This document shows, one piece after another, positions 16,515 to 25,549 of a stretch of 64,000 bases of DNA. Source of the DNA: a virus (Duplodnaviria > Caudoviricetes); the IMG/VR virus record IMGVR_UViG_3300037483_000750, positions 6,940 through 70,939 of that record, one strand, 5' to 3'. Each line of letters opens with the position of its first letter. The stretch's first letter is position 1. The notes beneath the pieces are model-generated. The model was given only the letters and a program-made list of their open reading frames with translations, was not told where the DNA came from and did not search any database. Position numbers and translations under genes: made by a program.

Positions 16515-19380
16515 ACGCTTCTTTCCTGCTCCTTCGTCTCGGCTTTGCCTCAGGTGGCTTTGCCCAGGCGATGTCATCGTTTGTCGTCGCTGCCGCTTCC
16601 GTGGTCTCGGCCGCCGTCTCAGCTAGGACAACAGGCGGCTCAACCGGCTTGACCGGTTCCGGGGGCGGGGCCGCCGGGGCAGTCGCAACCGGGACAATCT
16701 CCAGCGGCTGGAACAGATGGGGCTGAGCGGCGACGTCGTCCCGATGGACCAGGAAGGTCTCCCCGCCGCCTCGGTATCCGTAGTTGGTCCTGGTCGCCAC
16801 TCCGATGACGCCGTGAACCCCCTGGTTCGGGTGGACATACTTCGCCATCACGTATTGCTCATCGGCCATTGCGGCCTCCTTGCCGTTCGCTGGGGCTGCC
16901 GTCTCTGCCCAGGCCGCCGCCGGCGGCGGCTGGATTGTCTTCTGCCCGGCGCAGTTGCATCCCACGGTCTGAATCTCCTTGTACTTCTTCCTCAGGTATT
17001 CTACAAGCGCAGGCCAGTCCTGTAAACCGGTTTCACGTCTGGTTCCAGTGTAAAACCGGTAGCACAGCAGTTCCTTCTCGAGCCGGACATAGCAGCGCCC
17101 GGCCCTGGCCATGCGCCAGTGGTAGTCGACGTCCTCCCAGCTGACCAAGCTCTCATCGAAGCCCCCGATGCCGTCGTGCCAGGCGGAAGGCACCAAGCAC
17201 GTCACGTTGGCCCACAGGTAGGGAGGCCAGTCCTCCGGCTGCCGCTGGGCCCGCTCGGGTTCGTATTCCGCCGCCCGGTAGCCAATGAAGGCTTCCCCGC
17301 CCTCCCACTGATACATCCTCTCCTGGAGTTCCCGGGCCAGCTTGGTTGGGTCATCGACGTGCGCCCTTCCGACGTAGTCGCTGTAGACGATGGCCCCGCT
17401 GGCCGCCCATCCCTGGAGCATGTCCGAGAGGGCGTCCGGGTGCAGATAGTCGTCGGCGTCCAGGAACAGCAGGAATGGAGCCCGGGCCCTGGTTCTTCCG
17501 AGGTTCCTCGCCGCGCCCGCGCCCAGCCGCTTGCCGTTGTGGACCAACCAGCGGACGTATGGATACGCCTTGCGCCATGGCTTCAGGTCCTCCTCGTCCA
17601 TCGCTCCGTCAACGACAACAATCGCCTCCCACTTCCGGAACGATTGCGCCTCGAGGCTATCGACGGCATCTACCAGCAGGCCTTCATGTCCGGGTCCCAC
17701 AGGGATGATGACACTCACCAGTGGCTCGTCGTACTGGCGAGCGGCGTGGCTCATCCGCTTCGGGGTCGCCTGGCTCGCAATCGGGTGCTGGTTATCCACC
17801 ACCCACGGGTGCCAACGGAGCCAATCCACCTCCTTGTAGTCCGTCGAACCGGTCACGCCTCCGCTCAACCAGCTGTAGACGAACAGCGGTTCGGCCGTCG
17901 CCCGCCGCGCACCCCATCCGTAGGCCCCTGACCGGGTCCAGAACTCGGCATCTTCCGCCCCGGCCCCCTTCGGCGCATACCGCTGGCGGAAGCCTCCGAG
18001 CCGTGCCCACATCTCCCGCCGGAACACGCAGCAGGTAGGCACCTGGTTCTGCCGGCGGAGCTGGGCATCGTAGTTCCAATCGCCCGGCCACTGGCTGACC
18101 CCCTGGCTCCCGTCAGGCTTTATCCAGCGCAGGCCGGTGTAGGCTATGCCCAGCGTCCGGTCCTGTTCGAGCACCTGCACGCACTCCCGCAAGAAGGTCG
18201 GCTCGATGGCATCGTCGGCATCCAGGCAACAGATGTACTTCGTCCTGGCCTCGGCTATGCCCCGGTTGCGCGCGTGTGCGACACCTCGATTCTCCTGGCG
18301 GATGTATCGCACGCGGGGGTCTTTGAACGCCTCGACCGCCCGGGCGGTTGCTCCGTCGTCCGGGCTTCCGTCGTCGACGACGATGACCGCCTCGAGCAAC
18401 GGCCAGTTCTGCGCCAACACGCTTTCGATCGCCCGACCGACCTTCTCAGCGTACTTGTAGCTCGGGATGATGACCGAGACACTGGCGGTCTCCTGTCTGG
18501 CCGCCCCAGCGAACTCGTAAAGAGCCAGAACTTGCCTGGCTGCCCGGGCCCAAGTGTGCGCCCGGGCCATCTCCCGACCATTGTCTCCAAGCGTCTTCCG
18601 GTGCGTCAAGCAGTAGCTCAGGCCTTCGGCCAAGTCATCCTTGTCTCCCGGCCTGGCCAGGTAGCCATTGACTCCGTGCTTGACCAGTTCGAGGTTCCCG
18701 CCGTTGGCAAAGCCGAGGACCGGGACGCCGGCCGCCATCGCCTCTAGCGTCCCAATGCCGAAGGTCTCTTTGGTCGTGGCGAGGTAGACCGAGCTGGCCT
18801 TGAGCAATTCCCGCATCTCATCGTGCGGCCGCAACCCGCAGGCCCGCACGTTGCCCGGCGGATTGTCTGGCAGGTAGGTTGTCAGGAAAGCCTGGTCCGG
18901 GTGTGCCAGCGCCAACCACCGAATGGGGTCCGGGTCGCACACGTCTCCGACCCGGTTCTTGTTCCACAGCACCCAGCCCCGGTACTCGCCCGGCTGCTGC
19001 CAATCATCGAAGTCGATTCCGTGCCCGATAACCGTCGGGTCGACCCGCATCTCCCGTTGCAGGCTCTCCGCCACCCATCGGCTCGGCACGCTGATCGCCA
19101 GTGCTGCCCGCAGGCTGGCTACCACAGCGGCGTTGCTTCTCCACTCCCACGGGTGAGCGTTGTAATCCGCCGTCCAGTACAGCCCGTGGCAGTGGGCCAC
19201 ATCGGCCCCTTCGGCCATGCCGGCGTGGACGGCGACCAAATCGTAGTTCCTCGCCCCTGGCTCGAGCAGCTCCACCCCCAACTTCGGTAGCTCTCGGAAG
19301 TAGGCTTCCACCACGCGCCGAATGCCGCTCTCGTCCTTCTCAGCGAACTGGCTGACGTGCGGCTTCATCAGCACGCGCAT
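16513..19380 (-). CDS. Multidomain glycosyltransferase (GT4-like + GT2 + GT2) with C-terminal extension
   Basis: GT-B motif ETFGIGTLEAMAAGVPV; two GT-A domains (SVIIPSY...DDGSPD...CLDADD and SVIIPVG...FLDADD...WEDVDY); Pro/Ala-rich tail. Confidence 0.92.
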   Translation of the reverse strand: MRVLMKPHVSQFAEKDESGIRRVVEAYFRELPKLGVELLEPGARNYDLVAVHAGMAEGADVAHCHGLYWTADYNAHPWEWRSNAAVVASLRAALAISVPSRWVAESLQREMRVDPTVIGHGIDFDDWQQPGEYRGWVLWNKNRVGDVCDPDPIRWLALAHPDQAFLTTYLPDNPPGNVRACGLRPHDEMRELLKASSVYLATTKETFGIGTLEAMAAGVPVLGFANGGNLELVKHGVNGYLARPGDKDDLAEGLSYCLTHRKTLGDNGREMARAHTWARAARQVLALYEFAGAARQETASVSVIIPSYKYAEKVGRAIESVLAQNWPLLEAVIVVDDGSPDDGATARAVEAFKDPRVRYIRQENRGVAHARNRGIAEARTKYICCLDADDAIEPTFLRECVQVLEQDRTLGIAYTGLRWIKPDGSQGVSQWPGDWNYDAQLRRQNQVPTCCVFRREMWARLGGFRQRYAPKGAGAEDAEFWTRSGAYGWGARRATAEPLFVYSWLSGGVTGSTDYKEVDWLRWHPWVVDNQHPIASQATPKRMSHAARQYDEPLVSVIIPVGPGHEGLLVDAVDSLEAQSFRKWEAIVVVDGAMDEEDLKPWRKAYPYVRWLVHNGKRLGAGAARNLGRTRARAPFLLFLDADDYLHPDALSDMLQGWAASGAIVYSDYVGRAHVDDPTKLARELQERMYQWEGGEAFIGYRAAEYEPERAQRQPEDWPPYLWANVTCLVPSAWHDGIGGFDESLVSWEDVDYHWRMARAGRCYVRLEKELLCYRFYTGTRRETGLQDWPALVEYLRKKYKEIQTVGCNCAGQKTIQPPPAAAWAETAAPANGKEAAMADEQYVMAKYVHPNQGVHGVIGVATRTNYGYRGGGETFLVHRDDVAAQPHLFQPLEIVPVATAPAAPPPEPVKPVEPPVVLAETAAETTEAAATTNDDIAWAKPPEAKPRRRSRKEA

Positions 19381-19381
19381 C

Positions 19382-19831
19382 TCAGGTTTCCTTCCTCTCG
19401 AAGCGGAACCCGCAGCGCGGGAAAGAAGCCATCTCCGATGGGTGAACCGGCCAGATGCGGCAGATGGCCGGGAACCTCATCGGGTCCGAGAACACGGTGC
19501 AACGGTCGTCCCGCAAAAGCCGGCAGGGCTCCGCTTCGTAGGTCACCTCCAGCGGCTTGTACCACCACCACAGCCCCATCGCTTCGATGACCGCCCAGCC
19601 CTCCCAGGCGGAATAGTCGTCGGCCCCCTTCTCCTCGCTGGGCGGATGGTTCGCGCTCGCCGTCGCCCGCTGGAACCTGATGCGAGCCTTGCAGCAGTCC
19701 GCGCATCCATTGCAGGCCCCGGACCTCTCGTACTCGACCAGCTTCCCGCCCTCCACGACCCACACGGGCCTGATGGTCTCGGGAACGCCGAGCAGCTCTG
19801 CTTCTCCCTCGTTTGGCAGCGGGGGGTTCAT
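19382..19831 (-). CDS. CxxCxxCC (YkgJ-like) cysteine-cluster protein
   Basis: CNGCADCC...PCRLL...RCTVF...PAICRIWP motif; ATGA overlap at 19828-19831. Confidence 0.8.
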   Translation of the reverse strand: MNPPLPNEGEAELLGVPETIRPVWVVEGGKLVEYERSGACNGCADCCKARIRFQRATASANHPPSEEKGADDYSAWEGWAVIEAMGLWWWYKPLEVTYEAEPCRLLRDDRCTVFSDPMRFPAICRIWPVHPSEMASFPRCGFRFERKET

Positions 19832-20415
19832 ACTCGGAAGGTCACTAATGTTCGCACGACGCTGACCATCTCGTACTTCCCCACCAGTAGGGCCTCCACC
19901 GCCTGGTCGACTCCGGGCCATGGCTTTGGAAACGGTGCGTCTGGCAGTTCTTGGCCTCCGAACACCTCTTCCTTGTTGAAGTCGTGCACCGCCAGCAGTC
20001 CGCCCGGCTTGAGGTTCGGTATCCACGCCTCGATGTCTCCCGCGCAGCCTTCGTAGCTGTGGTCCCCGTCAACGAACACCATGTCCACCGGGTCGCCCAG
20101 CCAGTTGCTCCCGAATTCCTTGCTGTCGCCGTGTATCTGCTGCACCTGATCGTCCCACAGACCGGCATCCCGTAGCACCTTCTCCTCAGCTACGAGGCAA
20201 CCGAGTGGACTCTCCGCCCGCTGCTTGTCCACCGTGAACAACCACAAGTCCGGTCGGCTCTCGCGGAATGCCAGCCCGCTGGTCCCCGCCCCTGCCCCAA
20301 TGTTCACAACCACCGGATTGTCTGGAAGCATCCTGGCGAGCCTCTGCAGCTCGACCAGCTCCTCCACGAACAGGTACTTGAACGCCGCTCGCAGGCTCTC
20401 GGCCGTGTGAATCAT
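19828..20415 (-). CDS. Class I SAM-dependent methyltransferase (Methyltransf_24-like)
   Basis: NIGAGAGTS, FVDGDHSYEG and LKPGGLLAVHDF motifs. Confidence 0.88.
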   Translation of the reverse strand: MIHTAESLRAAFKYLFVEELVELQRLARMLPDNPVVVNIGAGAGTSGLAFRESRPDLWLFTVDKQRAESPLGCLVAEEKVLRDAGLWDDQVQQIHGDSKEFGSNWLGDPVDMVFVDGDHSYEGCAGDIEAWIPNLKPGGLLAVHDFNKEEVFGGQELPDAPFPKPWPGVDQAVEALLVGKYEMVSVVRTLVTFRV

Positions 20416-20948
20416 TAGCGTCTCAACCTAGCTTCCCGCTCCCGCTCTTTCCGTTCGTGGGACCTCTTGCCAGCGGCCATCAACTTGGCCTCGGTCCACT
20501 TCGTCAGCTTCGGGGGAATCCATGGCCGGAGCTTCCCCAGCAGTGCCCAGGCCTTGAAGAACCACTGTGATGGTTTCGTCTCGACCATTCGTAGCCGGCT
20601 GTGCCGTTCGATGACGGCCGCACCATAGGCCACCGCGCGGCTCATCTGTGGGAATGCTTTCCTCAGCCACTTGTAATTGCGGCTCCCATCCGGGAAGTGC
20701 AGTTCGACGCCGGCCTGATAGTCCTTCCGTCCTGTCGCTGGGTTGAACCTCTTCCGGCTGACCAGCATCCTCGCCCGGGCTGCCTGCTGCATCCTGTTGG
20801 CGAGTTGCGCCACGGCTGCCTGGACTTCTGGCCCAGCTCTCACACCCACACCCGGCTCTGCTGTGCTCTTGGCCACCAGTTGCGGCCGCAACTTCTTCAC
20901 CGCATCAAGAGCTGCCTGGACTTCTGGCGGGGGGGGCTGTGTGTTCAT
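20415..20948 (-). CDS. Basic hypothetical protein
   Basis: ATGA overlap with the DegT-family stop codon. Confidence 0.55.
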   Translation of the reverse strand: MNTQPPPPEVQAALDAVKKLRPQLVAKSTAEPGVGVRAGPEVQAAVAQLANRMQQAARARMLVSRKRFNPATGRKDYQAGVELHFPDGSRNYKWLRKAFPQMSRAVAYGAAVIERHSRLRMVETKPSQWFFKAWALLGKLRPWIPPKLTKWTEAKLMAAGKRSHERKEREREARLRR

Positions 20949-22141
20949 CGTCCACTCCGGAAATAATCTTCGAAGCAATCGGCCATGTAGTCGATATCAT
21001 CCGGGCCGAGGTCCTGGTGCACGCCGACATAGAACCCCCGCTCGTTGACCACTTGGGCGTGCGGGTAATCCTCCTCGAACACAAACTCCCGGAAGACCGG
21101 CTGGTTCGTCAGGGGCAGCATGTCACGCGTCTCGATGTCCCGCTCGTTCAGCCAGGCTGTCAGGCGTCCCTTCTCCGGCCGGCCACAGACGATAGGGAAC
21201 ATCATCCAGCTATGGCTATTGCCCGGTCGCTCCTTCGGTAGCGTCAGGTCGGCGTCGGCGTGCTCATTGGCGATGCTCAGCCGGGCCCGCAGATGATTGG
21301 CATTCCGCCGGCGGACATTCACCATGGTGCGCCAGTCCTCCAGCTGCGCTAGGCCCAGCGCCGCCTCCAGCTCCGTGATGCGGTAGCTGTGGCCGCTGAA
21401 CGCAAAGCGGAATGACCGACCGATAACCGGCCGCGGGGAAAAGTTCTCGTCCATGTTGAGCTCGTCCGGGTCAAGCCCGTGGTTCACCAGACAGCGCATC
21501 CGTTTGGCTAACTCCGGGTCGTTGGTCGTTGCCATCCCGCCCACGCCCGTCGTAATCAGGTGCGCGTTGTAAGTCGAGAAGCACCCTACCTCGCCCCAAC
21601 TTCCGACGACCGCCCCGTAGTGCGAGGCGAACATGGCCTCGCAGCAGTCCTCGATGGTCATCAGCCCGTACAGGCGGGCAAGATATAGCAGGTCCGTCAT
21701 GTCCGCTGCCTGCCCGAACAGGTGCACCGGGAGAATCGCCCGGGCCTTCGGGTGGTCGGGCAAGAGCGCCTCCACACCGAAGGGGTCCATGCCGTAGTAG
21801 TCGTCGATGTCCACGAACACGGGCTTCATCCGGTTGTGCAGCACAATGTTGGCCGTAGCGACGAACGTCACGGCCGGCACCAGGACTTCGTCGCCGTCTT
21901 CCCAGCCCTGGAGTTCCTTGAGCGCCTGCAGCGCCACCTGCAGGGCACTTGTCCCGCTGTTGGCCAGCACGCCGAAGTGGCAACCGTGCAGTTCGGCTAT
22001 CTGGCGCTCGAAATCCATGCTCATGGGCCCGTAGCTGATATGGCCGCTTTCGAGCACCTGGCGCACCAGCTCATGGGTCTTCTCGGTCGCCCGGAACGTC
22101 CCCGTCCCGATGTGCCGTCGCGCGCGGACGAGCGTGTTCAC
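20945..22141 (-). CDS. DegT/DnrJ/EryC1/StrS-family PLP enzyme, His-type (ColD/E1-like sugar 3-dehydratase)
   Basis: NSGTSAL, TFVATAN, PVHLFG and IEDCCEA motifs. FSTYNAHLITTGVGG has His at the position of the usual Schiff-base Lys. Confidence 0.9.
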   Translation of the reverse strand: MNTLVRARRHIGTGTFRATEKTHELVRQVLESGHISYGPMSMDFERQIAELHGCHFGVLANSGTSALQVALQALKELQGWEDGDEVLVPAVTFVATANIVLHNRMKPVFVDIDDYYGMDPFGVEALLPDHPKARAILPVHLFGQAADMTDLLYLARLYGLMTIEDCCEAMFASHYGAVVGSWGEVGCFSTYNAHLITTGVGGMATTNDPELAKRMRCLVNHGLDPDELNMDENFSPRPVIGRSFRFAFSGHSYRITELEAALGLAQLEDWRTMVNVRRRNANHLRARLSIANEHADADLTLPKERPGNSHSWMMFPIVCGRPEKGRLTAWLNERDIETRDMLPLTNQPVFREFVFEEDYPHAQVVNERGFYVGVHQDLGPDDIDYMADCFEDYFRSGR

Positions 22142-22338
22142 TCCGAATCTCCGAGGTCGTAGGCCAGCTCCGCCAACCGGAATGGCCGGCTGTTGCCGTC
22201 TTCGAATAGGACACGGACCAGCGCCGCCTGCCCCTTCCCGTGGGTTTCGGGGTACTCGGAGACGATGACGCCCTTCGTCCCCGGTGGGCAGTCGTTGTAG
22301 ATGGCCCTGATGACCCTGACCTTCTTGCCGATCGTCAT
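22138..22338 (-). CDS. Small SH3/KOW-like protein
   Basis: IGKKVRV...PPGTKGVIV...VRVLFEDG pattern; coupled by overlaps on both sides. Confidence 0.5.
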   Translation of the reverse strand: MTIGKKVRVIRAIYNDCPPGTKGVIVSEYPETHGKGQAALVRVLFEDGNSRPFRLAELAYDLGDSE

Positions 22339-22562
22339 TCCTTCAACCTCGCTTTCAACTTCACCATGGCGTCCCAACCCTGCACCTCGACGGATAGGGT
22401 CAGAACCCCCGGCGTCTCGAGCACGTCTGCTTCGATCTGGTCGGCTATCGCGCGCAACCCTCTCGCTGCCGCTCGTTTGACGGCCTCGGCGGCAGGTTCA
22501 TCACGCCTCAATTCCATCGCCACGAGGCGCTCCCATGGCAACAGCTGCCTCACATTCCCCAT
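22335..22562 (-). CDS. Hypothetical protein
   Basis: ATGA overlap with the downstream gene. Confidence 0.5.
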   Translation of the reverse strand: MGNVRQLLPWERLVAMELRRDEPAAEAVKRAAARGLRAIADQIEADVLETPGVLTLSVEVQGWDAMVKLKARLKE

Positions 22563-23266
22563 GGCTTCAGCAGGCCTTTCGTCTTGAGGTCCTGGCGGTC
22601 CTCTTCCAGCAGTTCGTCCAGCAGGAGAGTCCCCGGCTCTCCGCCCCGGAATGCTAGGGTGTGATGCACGGGCCAATTTGCCGTTCCGAGCACTAGGGCT
22701 TCCTCGCGCAGGGCGGCCAATCGTCCGGTGCCGTCGAGTTCAATCTGCCATGGCGTCTCGTCAGCCCTCATAACTCGCAGCAGATGCCGACGTCGCCACA
22801 GCGCCGTCATCAAGCTCATGTGGTACTGGCTCTCAGGGTCACTCCACACGAGGCTCAGCCGTCCGCAGGCCCCATAGGGTCTCGCCCCGCCGGCATACTG
22901 GCGGTCCCCGGTCAGGTCCATCCGGGCGACGTAGTCGAACTGCTGCATGTAGTCGGCCAGCATCCCCACCGCTTCGGTGTCGACGTCTTGCGTCAGCCAG
23001 TAATCCTCGAGCATCAGCACGAACACTTCGTGCGGCTGCTCGACGATGAACTTCCCGGCGGCATTGCTCCACTTTCCCACCGGGTAGTCTTCGAAGCGTC
23101 CGATGCTGCGGAAGTGGAAGTTACCTGGCAAGGGGAAACTCGGCGGCGTGAAGCCCCCTACGAGCACTTCGGGGTTCGGCTTCCAGTGTCGGTTCAGCAG
23201 GAATGCGAACGGGCGGAGAGCTTCGATATAGCGGTCGCTGGTGAGGACCAGGACGGGTGGCTGCAT
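22550..23266 (-). CDS. GT-A-fold glycosyltransferase-like protein
   Basis: N-terminal VLVLTSDRY strand and an acidic LMLEDYWL motif typical of divergent GT-A proteins. Confidence 0.6.
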   Translation of the reverse strand: MQPPVLVLTSDRYIEALRPFAFLLNRHWKPNPEVLVGGFTPPSFPLPGNFHFRSIGRFEDYPVGKWSNAAGKFIVEQPHEVFVLMLEDYWLTQDVDTEAVGMLADYMQQFDYVARMDLTGDRQYAGGARPYGACGRLSLVWSDPESQYHMSLMTALWRRRHLLRVMRADETPWQIELDGTGRLAALREEALVLGTANWPVHHTLAFRGGEPGTLLLDELLEEDRQDLKTKGLLKPWGM

Positions 23267-23302
23267 ATCCCTTACGTCCTCTACGGTGCCCTCATTGTAG
23301 CC

Positions 23303-23337
23303 GAAAAGAAGAGGGCCGGTCAACTGACCGGCCCTCT
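23303..23337 (-). terminator. Rho-independent terminator after the major capsid gene
   Basis: 12-bp stem AGAGGGCCGGTC/GACCGGCCCTCT followed by TCTTTTC on the minus strand. Confidence 0.8.
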
Positions 23338-23358
23338 GAAAGGTCTGGCTGAACTGGC

Positions 23359-24819
23359 TTACCAGACGTGGCTGGTTGCCGGAGCTCCCCGCAGGGACAC
23401 GCCGCCGTCGGCGAAGTACGGGTCACTCGGGTCCGGGCTCCGCAGGTGCTGCAGCGGCTGGTACCGGACAAGGTCGATGCGGCCGGCCAGCTGCGGCGTC
23501 CGCAGCACGACCCGCCACTCGGTCTTGGCGCTCAGCTTGTAGCACCACTTGACCTGCTCGACGGCCCAGCTGTACATGCCGCCATCGGTCCAGAACCGCT
23601 CCAGGCCCCGGAGCAGTGCCGTGTCGGAGGCTCCGGCGGCGTAATCGACGTGCTCGATGTACGTCACCGGGAAGCCGCCCGTGATGCTCAGGGGGAGCAT
23701 GTAAATCGAGCTGGCATACTGGCCCGGGAGCAGGTTGGCATCGTTGATGTTCGTGTTCTCCTGGATGCCCGTGTCGGTGATGACCCGGTACCGGTTGCCG
23801 TTGACATCGATGTAGCGGCCGGCGCGCATGGCGTCGCGCTGGGCCACGTTCTCCCGACCGTCGATGAAGACGCTCGAGCCAGCACCGATGACCGCGGTCG
23901 CACAGCGGCTCGTGTTGTACTGGCACGGCCAGACTTCGCTCAGGGTGAACCACAGCTCCGGCCGCATGACGAACACCCACTCCACCGGGTCCAGGCCCAT
24001 GCGCTCGGCGTTGTAGCGCAGGTAGAACTCCAGCATCCCCATGTACTCGACGATGCTGCGGGCCGTCCCATCGACCGGGCTGCGGGCGAAGCTCTTGACG
24101 TCCGAGTCCAGCGCGGCGCAGGCGATATTCGTCTCGGCATCCACCTGGCCGGTGGCGATCTGCCGGTCCAGGCCGGGCGGCTCCTTGTAGCCCCCGCCGA
24201 TGTTGTTGTTGGCCGGGTTGCCCCGCCACAACAGCCGGCTGTTCAGCCGCTCGAGCTGCACGCCCACCCCGACCATCTCGGCCATCGTCACGATGTTCAG
24301 GACGTCGGCCTCGCTCAGTTCGGAGGGCTTCATCTTGTCCAGGCCGAGCAAGCGACCGCGCAGGACTAGGTCGGTCGTGATTCCGCCCCGCAACTGGAGC
24401 ATGACCTTGTCCCACTCAATCGTGTTCGTGTCTCGCTGGACACGCCCGAACTGAGCGGTCAGGTTGCAGCCCTTCATGTAGCCGCTGGGGGCATCCGAGC
24501 ATGGGTTCGCCGGCTCGTTCCCGGTCGTCCCCGTGAAGCCCGTGATCGTGGCGTAGCGCGGCTGCTCAATCACGCTCGGGAAGTGCGGAAGCTCCGCCAG
24601 CAACCCGTGCGGACGCACGTGGGCCGTGATGACATCCGGCTCCAGTCCGGGGGTGCTGAACACGCCCCCAGCCCCGAACAGCAAGCCGGCCGTGTTGACC
24701 AGTGCGGCTTCCTTGTTGCCAACTGCCTTGATGCTGCTCCCGCCCTTCCCCGCCAGAGCACCCATGATGGCCTGCTGGCCTTCGAGAAGTTCGAGGACCT
24801 TCTCCATGTAATCGTCCAC
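23359..24819 (-). CDS. Major capsid protein
   Basis: 486 aa directly after the protease/scaffold gene; AGGAGG RBS; followed by a terminator. Mostly synteny-based. Confidence 0.75.
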   Translation of the reverse strand: MDDYMEKVLELLEGQQAIMGALAGKGGSSIKAVGNKEAALVNTAGLLFGAGGVFSTPGLEPDVITAHVRPHGLLAELPHFPSVIEQPRYATITGFTGTTGNEPANPCSDAPSGYMKGCNLTAQFGRVQRDTNTIEWDKVMLQLRGGITTDLVLRGRLLGLDKMKPSELSEADVLNIVTMAEMVGVGVQLERLNSRLLWRGNPANNNIGGGYKEPPGLDRQIATGQVDAETNIACAALDSDVKSFARSPVDGTARSIVEYMGMLEFYLRYNAERMGLDPVEWVFVMRPELWFTLSEVWPCQYNTSRCATAVIGAGSSVFIDGRENVAQRDAMRAGRYIDVNGNRYRVITDTGIQENTNINDANLLPGQYASSIYMLPLSITGGFPVTYIEHVDYAAGASDTALLRGLERFWTDGGMYSWAVEQVKWCYKLSAKTEWRVVLRTPQLAGRIDLVRYQPLQHLRSPDPSDPYFADGGVSLRGAPATSHVW

Positions 24820-24868
24820 GTCGTTCCTCCTGTTGTCTCGTCGTCTCGGTTCGGCTCGTCAGCAGGCC

Positions 24869-25549
24869 TTACGCCGCCGGCACCTTCGGCGCGCCGCTGT
24901 TCAGGGCCTTGATGCGCCCGATCAGCGGGATACCGCTCGGCCCGGCGTCCTCGGTCTCGGTCTCCGCTGGGGCGGCACGGCCAAGACTGGTCCGGCCGTC
25001 CACGCGGGTCTTTTCGGTTCCGATGACGCTGGTCGCAATCGACTTCCGGCTGGCCCGAGGCGTCATCATCTCGGTTTCACCGGCTGCCTGCAGCAGCTTG
25101 TTCAGCCCGGTCTCGATGCCGGTCAGGCGGGTGTTCACGCTCTCCGCCACGGCCTTCATCGCCGTCCCGAACTCGGACCGCAGTGCGGCCACCTCGCCGC
25201 CCTCGCCCGGCGTCGGCTCCGGCGCGGGTTCGGGTTCCGTAGGCTCGACGAGCTCCGCCAGGATGGGCTCGAGCGCCTTGGCATCCGCTCCCTTGGCCTT
25301 CGCTGCCGCCACGGCCAGACCTGCCTTCTCGTCCGCCAGACCGGCCTTGACAGCCGCCTGCAGGGCGGCCTTCAAAGCGGCGTCCTTGGTCGATGCGATG
25401 ATCGCCTCCACCTTCGGGACCAAGGTCGCCTTGAAGGAGACGCCGGCCTCCTCGAGTTCCTTCGTCCGTCCCTCGCCCAGCTGAACGACCAGGTCAGCGA
25501 GTTCCTCGCCGCCAATGGCCTTCAGTGCATCACGCTGCTTGGTATCCAC
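24869..25549 (-). CDS. Nested in-frame scaffolding protein (internal start)
   Basis: GGAGG (25562-25558) 8 nt before an in-frame GTG, right after the protease domain; gives MDTKQRDALKAIGG... Confidence 0.5.
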   Translation of the reverse strand: MDTKQRDALKAIGGEELADLVVQLGEGRTKELEEAGVSFKATLVPKVEAIIASTKDAALKAALQAAVKAGLADEKAGLAVAAAKAKGADAKALEPILAELVEPTEPEPAPEPTPGEGGEVAALRSEFGTAMKAVAESVNTRLTGIETGLNKLLQAAGETEMMTPRASRKSIATSVIGTEKTRVDGRTSLGRAAPAETETEDAGPSGIPLIGRIKALNSGAPKVPAA

